A stretch of DNA of 37,083 nucleotides from Oscillatoriales cyanobacterium SM2_1_8 (GTDB lineage Bacteria; Cyanobacteriota; Cyanobacteriia; Pseudanabaenales; Pseudanabaenaceae): assembly GCA_012031195.1 (NCBI GenBank), contig JAAUUG010000001.1, forward strand, positions 1 through 37,083, given 5' to 3'. A program made the translations under genes and the position numbers. This document shows positions 1 through 9,900 of this stretch, piece by piece. The notes below the pieces were generated by a model that saw only the letters and a list, made by a program, of their open reading frames with translations, was not told where the DNA came from and searched no databases. Each line of letters opens with the position of its first letter. Position 1 is the stretch's first letter.

Positions 1-2
1 GG

Positions 3-227
3 TTGGGCCTGTTCTTTTACGGTTTTTTCCAATTGTTGGCGGGGCAATTTGCCGTGGCCAAGGTTTTGCCCAATCCCTTGGCCAACCGTTTGGCGGCGGT
101 GGTGCGCACGGCGTTGTTGGCGGTGGCGGCCGGCGGTACCATGGTCTTTGGCATCATCGCCTTGGGACTGGTGTTGTTGGGGTTGCAAAAAGCCGTGATT
201 GGCGATCGCCCCGATGCCCCATCTTGA
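3..227 (+). CDS. 3' end of a membrane-protein gene (partial, runs off the left edge)
   Basis: The frame is open from the window edge to TGA at 225-227. The translation is hydrophobic and helix-like (LLAVAAGGTMVFGIIALGLVLLGL). No family recognised. Confidence 0.4.
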   Translation: MGLFFYGFFQLLAGQFAVAKVLPNPLANRLAAVVRTALLAVAAGGTMVFGIIALGLVLLGLQKAVIGDRPDAPS

Positions 228-256
228 GCGCCCCCCATCCATAGGAGAATTCTGCC

Positions 257-1132
257 GTGAGTCGAATTTTGTTGCAGACAACCATTCCCCCCACCGAGGA
301 TGATTGGAGCATTGCCCGGTTTGGGTTGTTGCGGGACAGTTTGGCTGCATTGGGGCATCAAGTGACCGCCCGCGATCGCCAGGTTGATGCCAGCGGCAAC
401 GATCCGGTTTTGAGCAACCTCAGCCGCGGGCAATTCGATCAGGTGTGGTTGTTTGCGGTGGATGTGGGGGACGGGCTCTCCGACGGCGATTGTGCGGGGT
501 TGGTGCGGTTTCGGCAAGAAGGTGGGGGGCTGCTCACGGCGCGCGATCACCAGGATTTGGGGTCGTCGTTGTGCCGGTTGGCCGGGGTGTGCGGGGCGAT
601 CGCCGCGGCCCACCATTTCCACAGCATCAATCCCGAACCCGATCCCACCCGCCATTATCCTGACGACCAAGATACCCCCACCATTTCCTACCCCAATTAC
701 CATTCGGGGCGCAACGGCGATTATCAAGAGGTGACGGTTCCCGAACCCGTCCACCCTTTGATGCAGCGGGCCGACGGTCAACCCATTGCCTTTTTGCCGG
801 CCCACCCCCACGAAGGAGCCGTCCACGCCCCCGATGAGACGGCGCAGGTGATTGCCCAGGGACAAAGCCGGGTTTCCGGGCGATCGTTCAACCTGGTGGT
901 GGCGTGGGAAGGTGGTGGCGCCGGCCGGGCGATCGCCTCTTCGACGTTTCACCATTTTGCCGATTACAACTGGAATGCGGCCATGGCCTGCCCCAGCTTC
1001 GTGACGGAACCCCCCGGAAACACGATGCAAACCGAACCCCAGTCCCTGGCCGATACGCTGCGCTTTATGGAAAATTTGGCCACATGGCTGCACGGCCCCG
1101 CCGATGCGGTGGGGGCCAAGCTGACCCGATAG
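257..1132 (+). CDS. Hypothetical protein, possibly with a ThuA / class-I glutamine-amidotransferase-like fold
   Basis: 291-aa ORF with a GTG start at 257 and AGGAG 9 nt upstream. The patterns ILLQT..DDW, GH.V, FD.VWLF and EGGGLL..RDH resemble ThuA-like proteins. That assignment is unverified. Confidence 0.6.
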   Translation: MSRILLQTTIPPTEDDWSIARFGLLRDSLAALGHQVTARDRQVDASGNDPVLSNLSRGQFDQVWLFAVDVGDGLSDGDCAGLVRFRQEGGGLLTARDHQDLGSSLCRLAGVCGAIAAAHHFHSINPEPDPTRHYPDDQDTPTISYPNYHSGRNGDYQEVTVPEPVHPLMQRADGQPIAFLPAHPHEGAVHAPDETAQVIAQGQSRVSGRSFNLVVAWEGGGAGRAIASSTFHHFADYNWNAAMACPSFVTEPPGNTMQTEPQSLADTLRFMENLATWLHGPADAVGAKLTR

Positions 1133-1352
1133 GAACAATCGCAGGCTCTCCCGGAAACGTAGTGGAACACGAGCTTTCTGTGTCCTGAGATCCTTGCTCC
1201 GTCAGGGGTTTACATTTAGGTCGCCTAGTGAAGTCATTATAAAGCTAGGAGAGTCGAGCCCAGCAACAGCAGAATAGACACGGGTACTTCCCACCCGCTT
1301 CCCAGCATGATTGACTTTTCTAGCCCATGGGTGTTAAAGCTTTCCAAGAAGT

Positions 1353-1479
1353 TATAGTCATTTTAATTAAAACTGACACAATTTTTTCTTGCCCAACGAA
1401 AGCCTAATAGAACCAATACGGGGGCTTCGCCCCTGCGACCCGACTTGTTTTGTCTCGTCACTATGCAAAACAGCTATAA
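1353..1479 (+). mobile_element. MITE/PATE-like repeat, copy A (127 bp)
   Basis: Near-identical to 24129-24254 and, in reverse complement, to 12072-12198 and 30414-30537. Ends are TATAG...CTATA. It contains the palindrome TTTTAATTAAAA and the GC hairpin CGGGGGC-TTC-GCCCCTG. Confidence 0.7.
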
Positions 1480-1611
1480 GAATGTGCCTGTAAAAGGACA
1501 ACATTGACTTTCAAGTTCATACTGAGCAAGGGTTTGAGCTTGGAAAAAGCTGTATCAAATTCAAATTGAATGACTATAACTATACAAGCAAAGGGTTTAA
1601 GGGCGATCACA

Positions 1612-1648
1612 TCCATAAAAAACAAAAATCCCCTCCACGGGGAGGGGA
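1612..1648 (-). terminator. Rho-independent terminator of tuf
   Basis: On the minus strand the sequence reads TCCCCTCC-CCGT-GGAGGGGA followed by TTTTTGTTTTTT. It lies about 30 nt after the tuf stop codon. Confidence 0.7.
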
Positions 1649-1678
1649 CATGCTCTTTAAGATCAAGCCAACTGTGAG

Positions 1679-2911
1679 TTACTTCACAATTTTGGTGACC
1701 ACACCCGAACCAACCGTACGTCCGCCTTCCCGGATCGCAAAACGCATCTCCTGCTCGATCGCAATGGGCGCAATCAATTCCACCGTCATTTTCACGCGAT
1801 CGCCCGGCATCACCATTTCCGCCGAAGTGCCGTCATCCGCCGTAAACGCCTTGATCGTGCCCGTCACGTCCGTCGTCCGCACATAGAACTGAGGACGATA
1901 GCCCGCGAAGAACGGCGTTTTCCGACCGCCTTCCTTGTCCGTGAGGATGTACACCTGAGCTTCAAACTCGGTGTGCGGATTGATGGTCTTGGGTTGGGCC
2001 AACACCATGCCCCGTTCCACCTGCTCCTTGGTCACACCACGCATCAACACACCCACGTTGTCACCGGCCAAGCCTTCTTCCAAGGTCTTTTGGAACATTT
2101 CCAAACCGGTCACCGTGGTATTGCGGGTGTCGCGAATTCCCACCAACTCCACGTTGTCGCCGATTTTCACCTTGCCCCGCTCAATCCGACCCGTAGCCAC
2201 GGTGCCCCGACCGGTAATCGAAAACACGTCTTCCACCGCCATCAAGAACGGCTTGTCTACAGCCCGCTCTGGCGTCGGAATGTAATCGTCCACGGCATCC
2301 ATGAGCTTCCAGATTTTGTCTACCCACGGATTTTCGCCCCGCTGGGTTTTCGGGTTGGCCACCATTGCATCCAAAGCCTGCTTGGCCGATCCCAAAACAA
2401 TCGGGAGGTTGTCGCCATCGAAGTCATAGGAAGCAAGCAGCTCACGCACTTCCAGTTCCACCAACTCGATCAACTCTTCTTCCCCTTCCATCAAGTCTTC
2501 CTTGTTCATGAAGACCACCAGTTGGGGTACCCCGACCTGACGGGCCAACAGAATGTGTTCCCGAGTTTGCGGTTCCGGCCCATCCGCCGCCGACACCAAC
2601 AAAATCGCCCCATCCATTTGTGCCGCACCCGTGATCATGTTTTTCACGTAGTCGGCGTGACCAGGACAATCCACGTGGGCATAGTGGCGATCCTTCGTCT
2701 GATACTCCACGTGAGCCGTGTTGATCGTAATGCCGCGCGCCTTTTCCTCAGGAGCCGCATCGATTTCGTCATACTTGCGACCAGCCGCTTGGCCAGCAGC
2801 TGCGAGGGTCATGGTAATGGCTGCCGTCAACGTCGTCTTGCCATGGTCTACGTGACCAATTGTGCCAATGTTGACGTGAGGCTTGTTGCGTTCAAACTTA
2901 GCGCGTGCCAT
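1679..2911 (-). CDS. tuf: Elongation factor Tu
   Basis: 410 aa. Begins [28 protein letters not shown] and carries the G-domain motifs DCPGH and NKED. ATG at 2909-2911. Confidence 0.98.
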   Translation of the reverse strand: MARAKFERNKPHVNIGTIGHVDHGKTTLTAAITMTLAAAGQAAGRKYDEIDAAPEEKARGITINTAHVEYQTKDRHYAHVDCPGHADYVKNMITGAAQMDGAILLVSAADGPEPQTREHILLARQVGVPQLVVFMNKEDLMEGEEELIELVELEVRELLASYDFDGDNLPIVLGSAKQALDAMVANPKTQRGENPWVDKIWKLMDAVDDYIPTPERAVDKPFLMAVEDVFSITGRGTVATGRIERGKVKIGDNVELVGIRDTRNTTVTGLEMFQKTLEEGLAGDNVGVLMRGVTKEQVERGMVLAQPKTINPHTEFEAQVYILTDKEGGRKTPFFAGYRPQFYVRTTDVTGTIKAFTADDGTSAEMVMPGDRVKMTVELIAPIAIEQEMRFAIREGGRTVGSGVVTKIVK

Positions 2912-3050
2912 GGATCTTCCCGTGTCTCCTTTTCAGATTCAGATAGTTGATAGATTTACCTCAGAGAGGGAAAAATTTGCCAAAGGCTTTGCAAAAGACA
3001 AAGCCCATATCAAATTTTCAATCCCCCTCAAAGCATCGCCAAAGAATTTC

Positions 3051-5171
3051 CTAGTTGTTGCCCTTATTCTTGGCGATAATGGCTTCCGCCACGTTGCGGG
3101 GCACCTCATCGTAGCGGCTGAATTCCATCGAAAACACGCCTCTACCTTGAGTCTTGGAACGAATATCCGTAGCATAACCAAACATCTCCGCCAGGGGAAC
3201 CTGAGCGGCGACTTTGGCAATTCCCTGCTCGGAATCCATCCCCTCGATTTGACCGCGACGGGAGTTCAAATCCCCCATCACGTCCCCGAGAAAGTTTTCC
3301 GGTACATCCACTTCCACCTTCATCATCGGCTCCAGCAGTACCGGGTTTGCTTTCATCACCGCCTCTTTGATCGCCATCGAACCGGCAATCTTGAACGCCA
3401 TTTCCGAAGAGTCAACATCGTGGTAGGAACCATCCACCAGGGTTGCTCGCAAATCAATCACCGGGTACCCCGCCAAAATCCCCGATTCGCAAGCTTCCTT
3501 CATCCCCTGCTCCGCCGGGCCGACGTACTCCTTCGGCACGGTGCCGCCCACAACTTTGGAGACAAACTCGAATCCCGTGCCAGGTTCCGCCGGCTCCAAC
3601 TCAATCACCACGTGGCCATACTGACCCTTCCCACCGCTCTGCCGGATAAACTTCCCTTCAGCCCGGACGGGCTTGCGCACAGTCTCCCGATAGGCTACCT
3701 GCGGCGCACCCACATTGGCTTCGACGTTGAATTCCCGCAACATCCGATCCACCAGGATCTCCAGGTGCAGCTCCCCCATCCCCGAAATGATCGTCTGATT
3801 GGTCTCCGGATCCACGTTGACCCGGAAGGTTGGATCTTCCTTCGACAAGGCCTGCAAAGCTTTGGAAAGCTTGTCCATATCAACCTTGGTTTTTGGCTCC
3901 ACCGCCACCGAAATGACCGCCTCGGGAATGAACAACGATTCCAGAATCACAGGTTTGGCATCGTCACACAGGGTATCCCCGGTGGTGGTATCTTTCAAAC
4001 CCAATACCGCCCCCAAGTCACCCGCCCGCAGCTCGTCCACTTCGATCCGCTCGTCGGCTTTGAGCACCAGCAACCGCGAAATCCGCTCTTTCTTGTTTTT
4101 GGTGGCGTTCAACAGGTAAGTACCTTTGGCCACCACACCCGAGTAAACCCGCACAAACGTCAAGTCACCATACTTGTCGCTCATCAACTTGAACGCCAGT
4201 GCAGCACAGGGCTGGCTGTCGTCGGCACTGCGCTCCACCTCGGCCCCATCGGGCAACACCCCACGAATAGGCGGAATGTCAATGGGAGCCGGCAAGTAGT
4301 CGATGACGGCATCCAACAAGGACTGCACACCCTTGTTTTTGAAGGCGGAACCGCAGAACATCGGCACCATCTTGCCAACAAGGGTCGCCTTTCGTACCGC
4401 CATCCGGATTTCTGCTTCGGTCAGCTCTTCCCCTTCCAAATACTTTTCCGTCAAAGCATCGTCGGTTTCCGCCGCCGCTTCCACCAACTTCAACCGATAT
4501 TCCTGGGCCGTTTCCAACAGGTCAGCAGGAATCTCACCTTCGGAAATGTCGGTGCCTTGGTCGTTGTTGTAGGTATAGGCGCGCATCCGCACCAAGTCCA
4601 CCAGACCCTTGAAGTCCACCTCACTGCCAATGGGAATCTGCAACGGTACCGCGTTGACCCGCAGACGATCGCGCACCTGGCTGTACACCTTGAAAAAGTT
4701 GGCCCCCGTACGATCCATCTTGTTCACAAAGATGATGCGAGGCACCCGATAGCGATCGGCTTGACGCCATACCGTTTCGGTTTGCGGTTGCACACCGCCT
4801 ACGGAGCAAAGCACCGTGATCACCCCGTCCAACACCCGCATCGAGCGCTCCACCTCAATCGTGAAGTCCACGTGACCCGGAGTGTCGATGATGTTGATCT
4901 TGTGCTCAAGGGCTTCCGCCAGAGGTTGCGTTGGGTTCTGAGGATCGCGCTTCGTCCAAGCGGTCGAAATGGCTGCCGCCGTGATGGTAATGCCCCGCTC
5001 CCGCTCCTGAGCCATCCAGTCGGTGACCGCAGTCCCCTCGTGCACTTCGCCGATTTTGTGAACAACCCCTGAATAAAACAGGATGCGCTCGGTAGTGGTT
5101 GTCTTGCCGGCATCAATGTGGGCGGCAATACCGATGTTGCGGACTCTTTCTAGGGGAATCGTTCTAGCCAC
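3051..5171 (-). CDS. fusA: Elongation factor G
   Basis: 706 aa. Contains [31 protein letters not shown] and NKMDR. GTG start at 5169-5171. Confidence 0.98.
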   Translation of the reverse strand: MARTIPLERVRNIGIAAHIDAGKTTTTERILFYSGVVHKIGEVHEGTAVTDWMAQERERGITITAAAISTAWTKRDPQNPTQPLAEALEHKINIIDTPGHVDFTIEVERSMRVLDGVITVLCSVGGVQPQTETVWRQADRYRVPRIIFVNKMDRTGANFFKVYSQVRDRLRVNAVPLQIPIGSEVDFKGLVDLVRMRAYTYNNDQGTDISEGEIPADLLETAQEYRLKLVEAAAETDDALTEKYLEGEELTEAEIRMAVRKATLVGKMVPMFCGSAFKNKGVQSLLDAVIDYLPAPIDIPPIRGVLPDGAEVERSADDSQPCAALAFKLMSDKYGDLTFVRVYSGVVAKGTYLLNATKNKKERISRLLVLKADERIEVDELRAGDLGAVLGLKDTTTGDTLCDDAKPVILESLFIPEAVISVAVEPKTKVDMDKLSKALQALSKEDPTFRVNVDPETNQTIISGMGELHLEILVDRMLREFNVEANVGAPQVAYRETVRKPVRAEGKFIRQSGGKGQYGHVVIELEPAEPGTGFEFVSKVVGGTVPKEYVGPAEQGMKEACESGILAGYPVIDLRATLVDGSYHDVDSSEMAFKIAGSMAIKEAVMKANPVLLEPMMKVEVDVPENFLGDVMGDLNSRRGQIEGMDSEQGIAKVAAQVPLAEMFGYATDIRSKTQGRGVFSMEFSRYDEVPRNVAEAIIAKNKGNN

Positions 5172-5501
5172 GATTGCTTCCTCTTGACGGAATGTAAACT
5201 TTACCTTAAGACATTATGCCATGCCGTGCCCTGTTCAAGATCTGGCCCTCAAGCATGGCGTTTGAAGCTTCTCAGGAGCTTTCTGGGCTTGGCAGCACTT
5301 TGATGCAATACCTTGCACAACACCCGAGCTACACTTCACACATTTTCCAAGTACATTTTTCCAGTACTTTTGCCTGAATCAAAATGCTTGGAGCGGTACT
5401 TCTGGCTCTAAAAACCAGCTCAAGGATTTGCAAAGGATTGATGCTTACAATACACATCGCAGTTGGCAAGCACAATTGGCAACCACAGAGATCCCCAGAC
5501 G

Positions 5502-5972
5502 CTAGTACCGGTAATGGGCAAAAGCCTTGTTGGCTTCCGCCATTTTGTGGGTTTCTTCGCGCTTCCGGATCGCTCCCCCGGTCTCGTTGGAGGCATCCAA
5601 CAATTCGTTGGCCAGCTTGCTGGACATGCCCCGCCCCGATCTCTGGCGTGAGTATTGCACCAACCACCGCAGGGCCAAGGCAGTGCCCCGATCGCTGCGC
5701 ACTTCCATGGGAACTTGGTAGGTAGCCCCCCCGACCCGCCGCGCTTTCACTTCGACCAAAGGCGTAATGTTGCGAATGGCGCGATCAAACACTTCCAAAG
5801 GCGGGTTGCCCGTCTTCGTCTCGATCAGGGTTAGGGCGTTGTAAACAATGCGCGATGCCAAAGAATACTTGCCGCACTTCATCATCCGCAGAATCAGCAT
5901 GTTGACGAGGCGGCTGTTGTATTGGGCATCGGGGGGGGTGGGCCGCTTGGCGGCACGGACTCTTCTCGACAT
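5502..5972 (-). CDS. rpsG: 30S ribosomal protein S7
   Basis: 156 aa. Ends with the S7 signature ([20 protein letters not shown]). It holds the expected position in the str operon. Confidence 0.97.
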   Translation of the reverse strand: MSRRVRAAKRPTPPDAQYNSRLVNMLILRMMKCGKYSLASRIVYNALTLIETKTGNPPLEVFDRAIRNITPLVEVKARRVGGATYQVPMEVRSDRGTALALRWLVQYSRQRSGRGMSSKLANELLDASNETGGAIRKREETHKMAEANKAFAHYRY

Positions 5973-6013
5973 GGTGGTTGGTTGCTTATTTCCCTAGAAT
6001 TTCCCGCAATCCC

Positions 6014-6433
6014 TTATTTCTTCTTGCCGCCGCCTTTGCCAGCCGCTGCGGCCGGTTGTCCAGGCTTCGGCCGCTTGGCGCCATACTTGGAACGCCCTTG
6101 CTTCCGATCCTTGACGCCGGAGGCATCCAACGTACCGCGGATGATGTGGTACCGCACCCCCGGCAAGTCTTTGACCCGACCACCCCGAATCATGACGACC
6201 GAGTGTTCCTGCAGGTTGTGACCAATCCCAGGGATGTAGGCGGTAACCTCAAAACCCGAGGTGAGACGTACCCGTGCCACTTTCCGGAGGGCCGAGTTCG
6301 GCTTTTTGGGCGTGGTGGTGTACACCCGTGTGCAGACACCCCGGCGTTGCGGACAGGCTTTAAGAGCGGGAGATTTGGTCTTTCGCTGGAGCTTTTGGCG
6401 CTCGCTGCGAATCAACTGCTGGATTGTCGGCAT
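6014..6433 (-). CDS. rpsL: 30S ribosomal protein S12, with a Gly/Lys-rich C-terminal tail
   Basis: The internal ATG at 6431-6433 gives [14 protein letters not shown]...[16 protein letters not shown], the canonical S12 sequence. The track ORF extends upstream to 6604, which is spurious. The tail reads [18 protein letters not shown]. Confidence 0.95.
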   Translation of the reverse strand: MPTIQQLIRSERQKLQRKTKSPALKACPQRRGVCTRVYTTTPKKPNSALRKVARVRLTSGFEVTAYIPGIGHNLQEHSVVMIRGGRVKDLPGVRYHIIRGTLDASGVKDRKQGRSKYGAKRPKPGQPAAAAGKGGGKKK

Positions 6434-6497
6434 AGAAATTGGGCTGCGACTGCTTCTGACTTGGCTAAGACAACGGTCAACAACCATAACATGCCGC

Positions 6498-8144
6498 CTA
6501 CACCCTGTCAAGATTGGGTTGGTGGGCGGTGGTCTGGAGCTGCTGCCATTCCGACCGGCCGAGGTGTTGCAGGTACCGCCGGTGCTTTTGGTACACCAGT
6601 CCACTGCCCAGGCTGGCGAGGGTGGCCACCCCCAACCACTGACCGAGGTTCGGTTGGCTGGTTCCGAAGAGGGCGGCGCCGGGAAAGGCGGTGAACAACC
6701 AGAGGAAGGGGATTCGATCGGGGACGATGCCGGCGATCGCCAGGCTGAGGGGCGGCAGAATAACCAGGCTGGCCAGGGTCCCCCCGGCCCACAGCACCCG
6801 TTTGTTGGTTTTGAGGAGCAGGCAACGTTGCCCCAAGATCGCCAAGAGCACGCTCCACAGTCCTAGCAGCAGGGTGGCCATCAAGACGCGCAGCCGCTCC
6901 GGGGTGGTCACGTGGTTGGCGCACAGGAGGGCGATCGCCGTGAGGCCAACCAATCCCGCCTGCGCCAGGGCGATCGCCGGGGGGGCGGGGCTATTTTCGG
7001 CCAGGAAGAGGTCTTGCCAGGGGTATTGCCGGCGGTGGTGACGATGGCGGGCCCAATCCAAAAGGGTTTGGCGATGGGGCGACAGGACGGCGATCGCCGC
7101 GAGGTTGGCCATCAGGATGAGGATGTGCCAAATTTGCAGGGCTTCGGCACCCCAGAGACCGTGTTCCTCCCACACAAAGCCCAGTCCCAGGGTGTACCAG
7201 TACCCCAACAGCAGGTAGGCTTGGGATTTGCGGAAGACGGGGGCTTGGGGATCGGCAAAGCGGCGCTTCAGGCCTGTCCAGGCCCAGCCGGCCAGCCACA
7301 GCAGGTTGGCCAGGGTAAAGGCGTAGGAGATAAACCGCGTGCCGTTGAGGCGGTGACCAAACCAATACACCGGAAAGTTGGTGGCTTGGGTGAAGTAATG
7401 GGCATCGGGCCCCTCCCAGGCGATCGCCAGGTTGCTCAACAAAAAAGTCAGGCTAAATCCCAGGCCGAGACCTCCGGCCAAAACCAAGGTTAAACCGCTA
7501 AAAATGTCGCTGCGCTGTTGTTGGTTGCCGGCGATCGCCGCGAGCAATAGGGTGAGGGGAAACAACAAAACCGTGCCGGCGGCCAAGAGCAGGTAATACC
7601 CGACCACAAACTGGGGATCGGCGGACACTTGGTGAGCCACCCATAGGTGCAAGGGCACAGCACTGGCAAACATCAAACCGCAGAGGCTGGGCACCCCCCA
7701 CAATTTGCCGGTGAGGACGGCGGCGGCCGGTTGGGGGGAAAGCCGCAAAAAGGTGGCGGTGCCTCGGGATTCCTCCCGCTGCATGTCGGCGGCCAAAAAC
7801 AGGACGCTGGGTACCCATCCCCCCAGGGGCAACAACCAGTTCAAACTCCGGAAAACATCCAGGTACCAGCGCTCCCAATCCACCATGAGCCGGTTGTTGC
7901 CGTCCAACAGGCAGGCTTTGTAGGCGCTGGGGGCGCTGGTGAGGCAATAGGTGTGGTAGCGCTCCCCCACGGCCACGGTTTGGGTATCCGGAAGTTGGCT
8001 CCACCACGCCAGCATAAACAGCCCTTGGGCCAGAACGGCCAAAGCCAGGGCGATCGCCACGGTGCGGGGTTGCCACCGTCCTTTCCATTCCCGCATCAAC
8101 TGGGGATTGCGATCGCCAACCCAATCCACAAAATTAGCCAACAT
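6498..8144 (-). CDS. ABC-2-permease-like polytopic membrane protein, paralog 2
   Basis: Start is [23 protein letters not shown], with ATG at 8142-8144. The motif [13 protein letters not shown]...LTGKLWG matches the ABC-2 signature E..GTLE.L..P.....GK. Many transmembrane segments. Shares the N-terminal and RQTLLDW motifs with the upstream gene. Confidence 0.7.
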   Translation of the reverse strand: MLANFVDWVGDRNPQLMREWKGRWQPRTVAIALALAVLAQGLFMLAWWSQLPDTQTVAVGERYHTYCLTSAPSAYKACLLDGNNRLMVDWERWYLDVFRSLNWLLPLGGWVPSVLFLAADMQREESRGTATFLRLSPQPAAAVLTGKLWGVPSLCGLMFASAVPLHLWVAHQVSADPQFVVGYYLLLAAGTVLLFPLTLLLAAIAGNQQQRSDIFSGLTLVLAGGLGLGFSLTFLLSNLAIAWEGPDAHYFTQATNFPVYWFGHRLNGTRFISYAFTLANLLWLAGWAWTGLKRRFADPQAPVFRKSQAYLLLGYWYTLGLGFVWEEHGLWGAEALQIWHILILMANLAAIAVLSPHRQTLLDWARHRHHRRQYPWQDLFLAENSPAPPAIALAQAGLVGLTAIALLCANHVTTPERLRVLMATLLLGLWSVLLAILGQRCLLLKTNKRVLWAGGTLASLVILPPLSLAIAGIVPDRIPFLWLFTAFPGAALFGTSQPNLGQWLGVATLASLGSGLVYQKHRRYLQHLGRSEWQQLQTTAHQPNLDRV

Positions 8145-9789
8145 GGTGTTTCTCCGAGGAGGTGGACAAAGCCGGTGCGGTTTCCCGTGCCGCCAAACGC
8201 TGCCATTCCGAAGCCCCTTGCCGCTGCCAAACCCGGAGGCTGAGGCCCAGAATGCCTCCACACACCAAGCTTTGACCCAAAATCCCGGCGATCGCTCCGG
8301 GCCCGAGGGCCGGAACCACCTCGTCGAGCAGCAACACCCAGGTTTGACCCAGGGCCAGCCACAGGGGCCAAACCACGGTTCGCAGGGGCCAGGTGCCCAA
8401 CACCACCAAGCTGGGCAGGGACAGGATCAAAAGACCGATGATGGACATTTGCGCTTCTTGCCGGGGGCGGCGGGCCCACAGCCGGAGGGTTTGCATCAGG
8501 GCGTTCCAGGCGATCGCCGACAGGGTGAGGGACAGACCCATCACCAGAACCTTGCCGAGGGCTTGGGGTTCCTGAAGAAGGGCCCACCCCAACCACAGAC
8601 CAACGTACAAAGCGGCGTTCAGGGCCAGGCAACCCACCCAAGGGCTGCGCTCCCCCAGCACCAAATCCCGCCAGAGGGGCCGGCGATCGCCGCTGAGGTG
8701 CCGGTACCGCAACCAATCCAGGAGGGTTTGGCGTTTTTGCAGACAGCCCGTGGCAGCCAGAAAGAGCCCGGCTCCCCCCAGGTAAAACGGCACGTGATAC
8801 AAGAACGCTTCATGGATTTTGCCGGATGTGGGGAAAAAGCCCAGTACCAACAGGGTGAGGGCCACGGTCAGGAAGTAACTGCCCCCTTTGGTGGGTACCG
8901 GCGCCAAGGGGTTGGCGATGCGGGCGGTGGCGGCCTGGTGCAAACCGCGACCGAATCCCCCCAGCCATCCCCATACCCAAAGATGGGCAAGCCATGGATT
9001 TTGGGTCAAAGACCAGCCGAACCAAGTCAAGTTGCTCTCCCAAGCGGGGGTCAACACGCCGAACCGACTCCAGAGAATTGCGAGACCGCCAAAGGAGATG
9101 AGGGGAACCCCAAGCGTCCAGGCCAGGGCTGCCGCCCCGATCGCCGCACCGGTACTGGTCTGGGGGTGCAATTTTTCTTGGTTTTCCAGGTTGAGGCTGA
9201 GCAAGGCCGCTGCGGTGTTCATAACGCCAATGGCCAAGCCCCAGGTAAGACCGTAGCTGAGCAGGAAAGCGATGGGAATTCCCCCCTGCAGGGCCGCCCA
9301 GAGGTACAAGGGCAAAGTTGTGAGTCCCCCCAGCCAGATCGGGGAAGGTACCCCCCACAATTTGCCTTGGAGGAGCGCCCGGGGCCGCTGGGGCGACAAC
9401 CGCAGAACGTTGAGGGTACCCCGCTGCACCTCCTGGGTAAAGTTGCCGGCCACAAAAGCCACGCTGGGCACGGCGATCGCGTAGGGCCAAATCCAGCTCA
9501 GGGCGACGGCGAGGTGTCGCCACCACAGAGACCAACGAATTTGAATGGGCACTTGGCACAACAGTCGCTCCGGGGACTCGGGTACGCAATAGGCGTTGAA
9601 AACCTTTGTCCCTTCTGGATCGGGCAGCATCAGGACAAAGCCCACCAGCAAAATCCCTTGGAGGAGGGCCGCCCCCCCCACCACCAACCACAGGTTGCGG
9701 GTTGTCAGCCGCCCCTTCAGTTCCCGAAATGCCTGCGGGTTCCAATCCCCCAGCCGGTTTAGCCCCTCCGCCCAAATTTCGCCGATCAT
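8134..9789 (-). CDS. ABC-2-permease-like polytopic membrane protein, paralog 1
   Basis: 551 aa. Contains GDWNPQAFRELKGR, QRGTLNVLRLSPQ...LQGKLWG and RQTLLDWLRYRH. Its last 11 nt overlap the start of paralog 2. Confidence 0.7.
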   Translation of the reverse strand: MIGEIWAEGLNRLGDWNPQAFRELKGRLTTRNLWLVVGGAALLQGILLVGFVLMLPDPEGTKVFNAYCVPESPERLLCQVPIQIRWSLWWRHLAVALSWIWPYAIAVPSVAFVAGNFTQEVQRGTLNVLRLSPQRPRALLQGKLWGVPSPIWLGGLTTLPLYLWAALQGGIPIAFLLSYGLTWGLAIGVMNTAAALLSLNLENQEKLHPQTSTGAAIGAAALAWTLGVPLISFGGLAILWSRFGVLTPAWESNLTWFGWSLTQNPWLAHLWVWGWLGGFGRGLHQAATARIANPLAPVPTKGGSYFLTVALTLLVLGFFPTSGKIHEAFLYHVPFYLGGAGLFLAATGCLQKRQTLLDWLRYRHLSGDRRPLWRDLVLGERSPWVGCLALNAALYVGLWLGWALLQEPQALGKVLVMGLSLTLSAIAWNALMQTLRLWARRPRQEAQMSIIGLLILSLPSLVVLGTWPLRTVVWPLWLALGQTWVLLLDEVVPALGPGAIAGILGQSLVCGGILGLSLRVWQRQGASEWQRLAARETAPALSTSSEKHHVG

Positions 9790-9900
9790 TTTAGGTGGCC
9801 CTTATGCTGGCTTCAGCCTAGCGGGTGTGGCTCCCCCCCGGGCGCGATCGCCATCACTTTGTTGCAATTTGTAAGGAATTTTGAAGCCGAGGTTGCGCCC

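Noticed and set aside
17-1138. 373-aa ORF on the minus strand, antisense to the 257-1132 gene
   Set aside because: Long stop-free antisense frames are expected at this GC content. The translation is Gly/Arg/Pro-rich low complexity with no motif, whereas the plus-strand frame has a Shine-Dalgarno sequence and protein-like composition.
1973-5072. Large plus-strand ORFs (1973-2950 and 2883-5072) opposite tuf and fusA
   Set aside because: They are mirror frames of two unmistakable, highly conserved genes. Their translations are His/Arg/Leu-rich and not protein-like.
6434-6497. Promoter call for the str operon in the 64-nt gap upstream of rpsL
   Set aside because: A TTGACC hexamer is present on the minus strand, but I could not pair it with a convincing -10 element at proper spacing. 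Co-transcription with the upstream membrane genes is equally possible.
8062-9762. 566-aa plus-strand ORF opposite membrane paralog 1, plus similar shadow ORFs at 14766-16451, 19573-20703, 29219-30262 and 31495-32820
   Set aside because: All are antisense shadows of well-supported genes in GC-rich DNA. They are Pro/Gly/Arg/Gln-rich and have no recognisable domains.
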